Virus record (IMG/VR): IMGVR_UViG_3300020215_000010
Length of the DNA: 51,608 nucleotides
Reading direction: 5' to 3' (one strand)
Source: a virus
A program made the position numbers and the translations under genes. Positions 51,138 to 51,608 of this stretch are shown one piece after another. The notes under the pieces were generated by a model. That model worked only from the letters and a program-made list of their open reading frames with translations. It made no database searches and was not told where the DNA came from. Each line of letters starts with the position of its first letter. Position 1 is the first letter of the stretch.

Positions 51138-51422
51138 TCAGGCGGCTGATTTCACAATGCGATAACGATGCAACCCGTTCTCGACATGCTCGCGAATGAC
51201 CGTGTATCCGGCCCGCCGAAGATCGCGCAGACGGGCGCTCGCCGATGCTTCCGGTGTCCCCGTGCCCTTGGAGATTTCTGCCAGGGTGTGCCATGCGCCA
51301 TCGGATACAAAGTTGAGAACACGTTGCGCCTGCTCGGCCAAGCGCTTCCCGTCGCGCGGTTGGTTGAACGTCGCGCCCAAGGGGGTTGGCGTCCACGACA
51401 GCAAGGGAAGCGCGTCGGTCAT
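51138..51422 (-). CDS. winged-helix DNA-binding protein
   Basis: WHTLAEISKGTGTPEASASARLRDLRRAGYTV; ATG 51422. Confidence 0.55.
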   Translation of the reverse strand: MTDALPLLSWTPTPLGATFNQPRDGKRLAEQAQRVLNFVSDGAWHTLAEISKGTGTPEASASARLRDLRRAGYTVIREHVENGLHRYRIVKSAA

Positions 51423-51550
51423 GCGAGCTTGCCCAGCAGCACGGCGACCGCAAGCCCCCAAGCCACCGCGCGGCCCCATACGGTCGGCGCAATAAGCGTC
51501 GTGCAAATGAGTAGCCAGAAAACCAGCCGGTAAATTTGCTCATCGGTCAT
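51419..51550 (-). CDS. small membrane protein (43 aa) spanning the repeat/junction
   Basis: MTDEQIYRLVFWLLICTTLIAPTVWGRAVAWGLAVAVLLGKLA; ATGA-coupled at both ends. Confidence 0.45.
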   Translation of the reverse strand: MTDEQIYRLVFWLLICTTLIAPTVWGRAVAWGLAVAVLLGKLA

Positions 51551-51608
51551 GCGATCTGGCCCGCTGCCTGTACGCGGCGCTTCAGGTCTTTGCGCTTCTC
51601 TCCGTTCA
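51482..51608. repeat. second copy of the 127-bp terminal repeat
   Basis: Identical to 1..127. Confidence 0.9.

Noticed and set aside
1-51608. CRISPR arrays, IS elements or transposases, rRNA genes, toxin-antitoxin pairs
   Set aside because: No regularly spaced repeats, no DDE or transposase-like ORFs with terminal inverted repeats, and no rRNA-like sequence were seen. No recognisable TA motifs were seen.

Overview
This window is a complete, circularly closed genome of a GC-rich temperate phage. The first 127 bp are identical to the last 127 bp, leaving about 51.48 kb of unique sequence. It is captured in the excised (attP) form. The tail module looks T7-like: a gp11-like adaptor, a gp12-like nozzle and three large internal virion proteins. 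A divergent cI/cro switch at about 2.7 kb splits the genome into two transcription arms that converge at about 16.3-16.7 kb. The plus arm carries cI, about 30 small early genes, an Erf/YqaJ-exonuclease/SSB recombination module, xis, int, attP and cargo genes. attP lies inside the int 3' end and carries the 3' half of a tRNA-Val(GAC). The minus arm crosses the circular junction. It runs from cro through a LAGLIDADG endonuclease, early and replication-type genes, terS and terL. It then continues through portal, head, tail and fibre genes to the endolysin and holin. The most unusual content is listed below.

- A five-gene glycosyltransferase/methyltransferase/2OG-oxygenase cassette sits between terL and the portal gene.
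- A block made of an HTH-metallophosphoesterase, an orphan HslV-like peptidase, a DUF1937-like gene and a DUF6378-like gene sits between the tail and lysis genes.
- An opposite-strand, apparently leaderless moron in the head module encodes an HExxH lipoprotein and a Cys-rich secreted peptide.
- A fibre-like gene has a conserved N-terminus that has no canonical start codon.
- Operator palindromes recur at the switch, at the early-left promoter and upstream of terL.

All domain calls come from reading motifs by eye. No database search was run.
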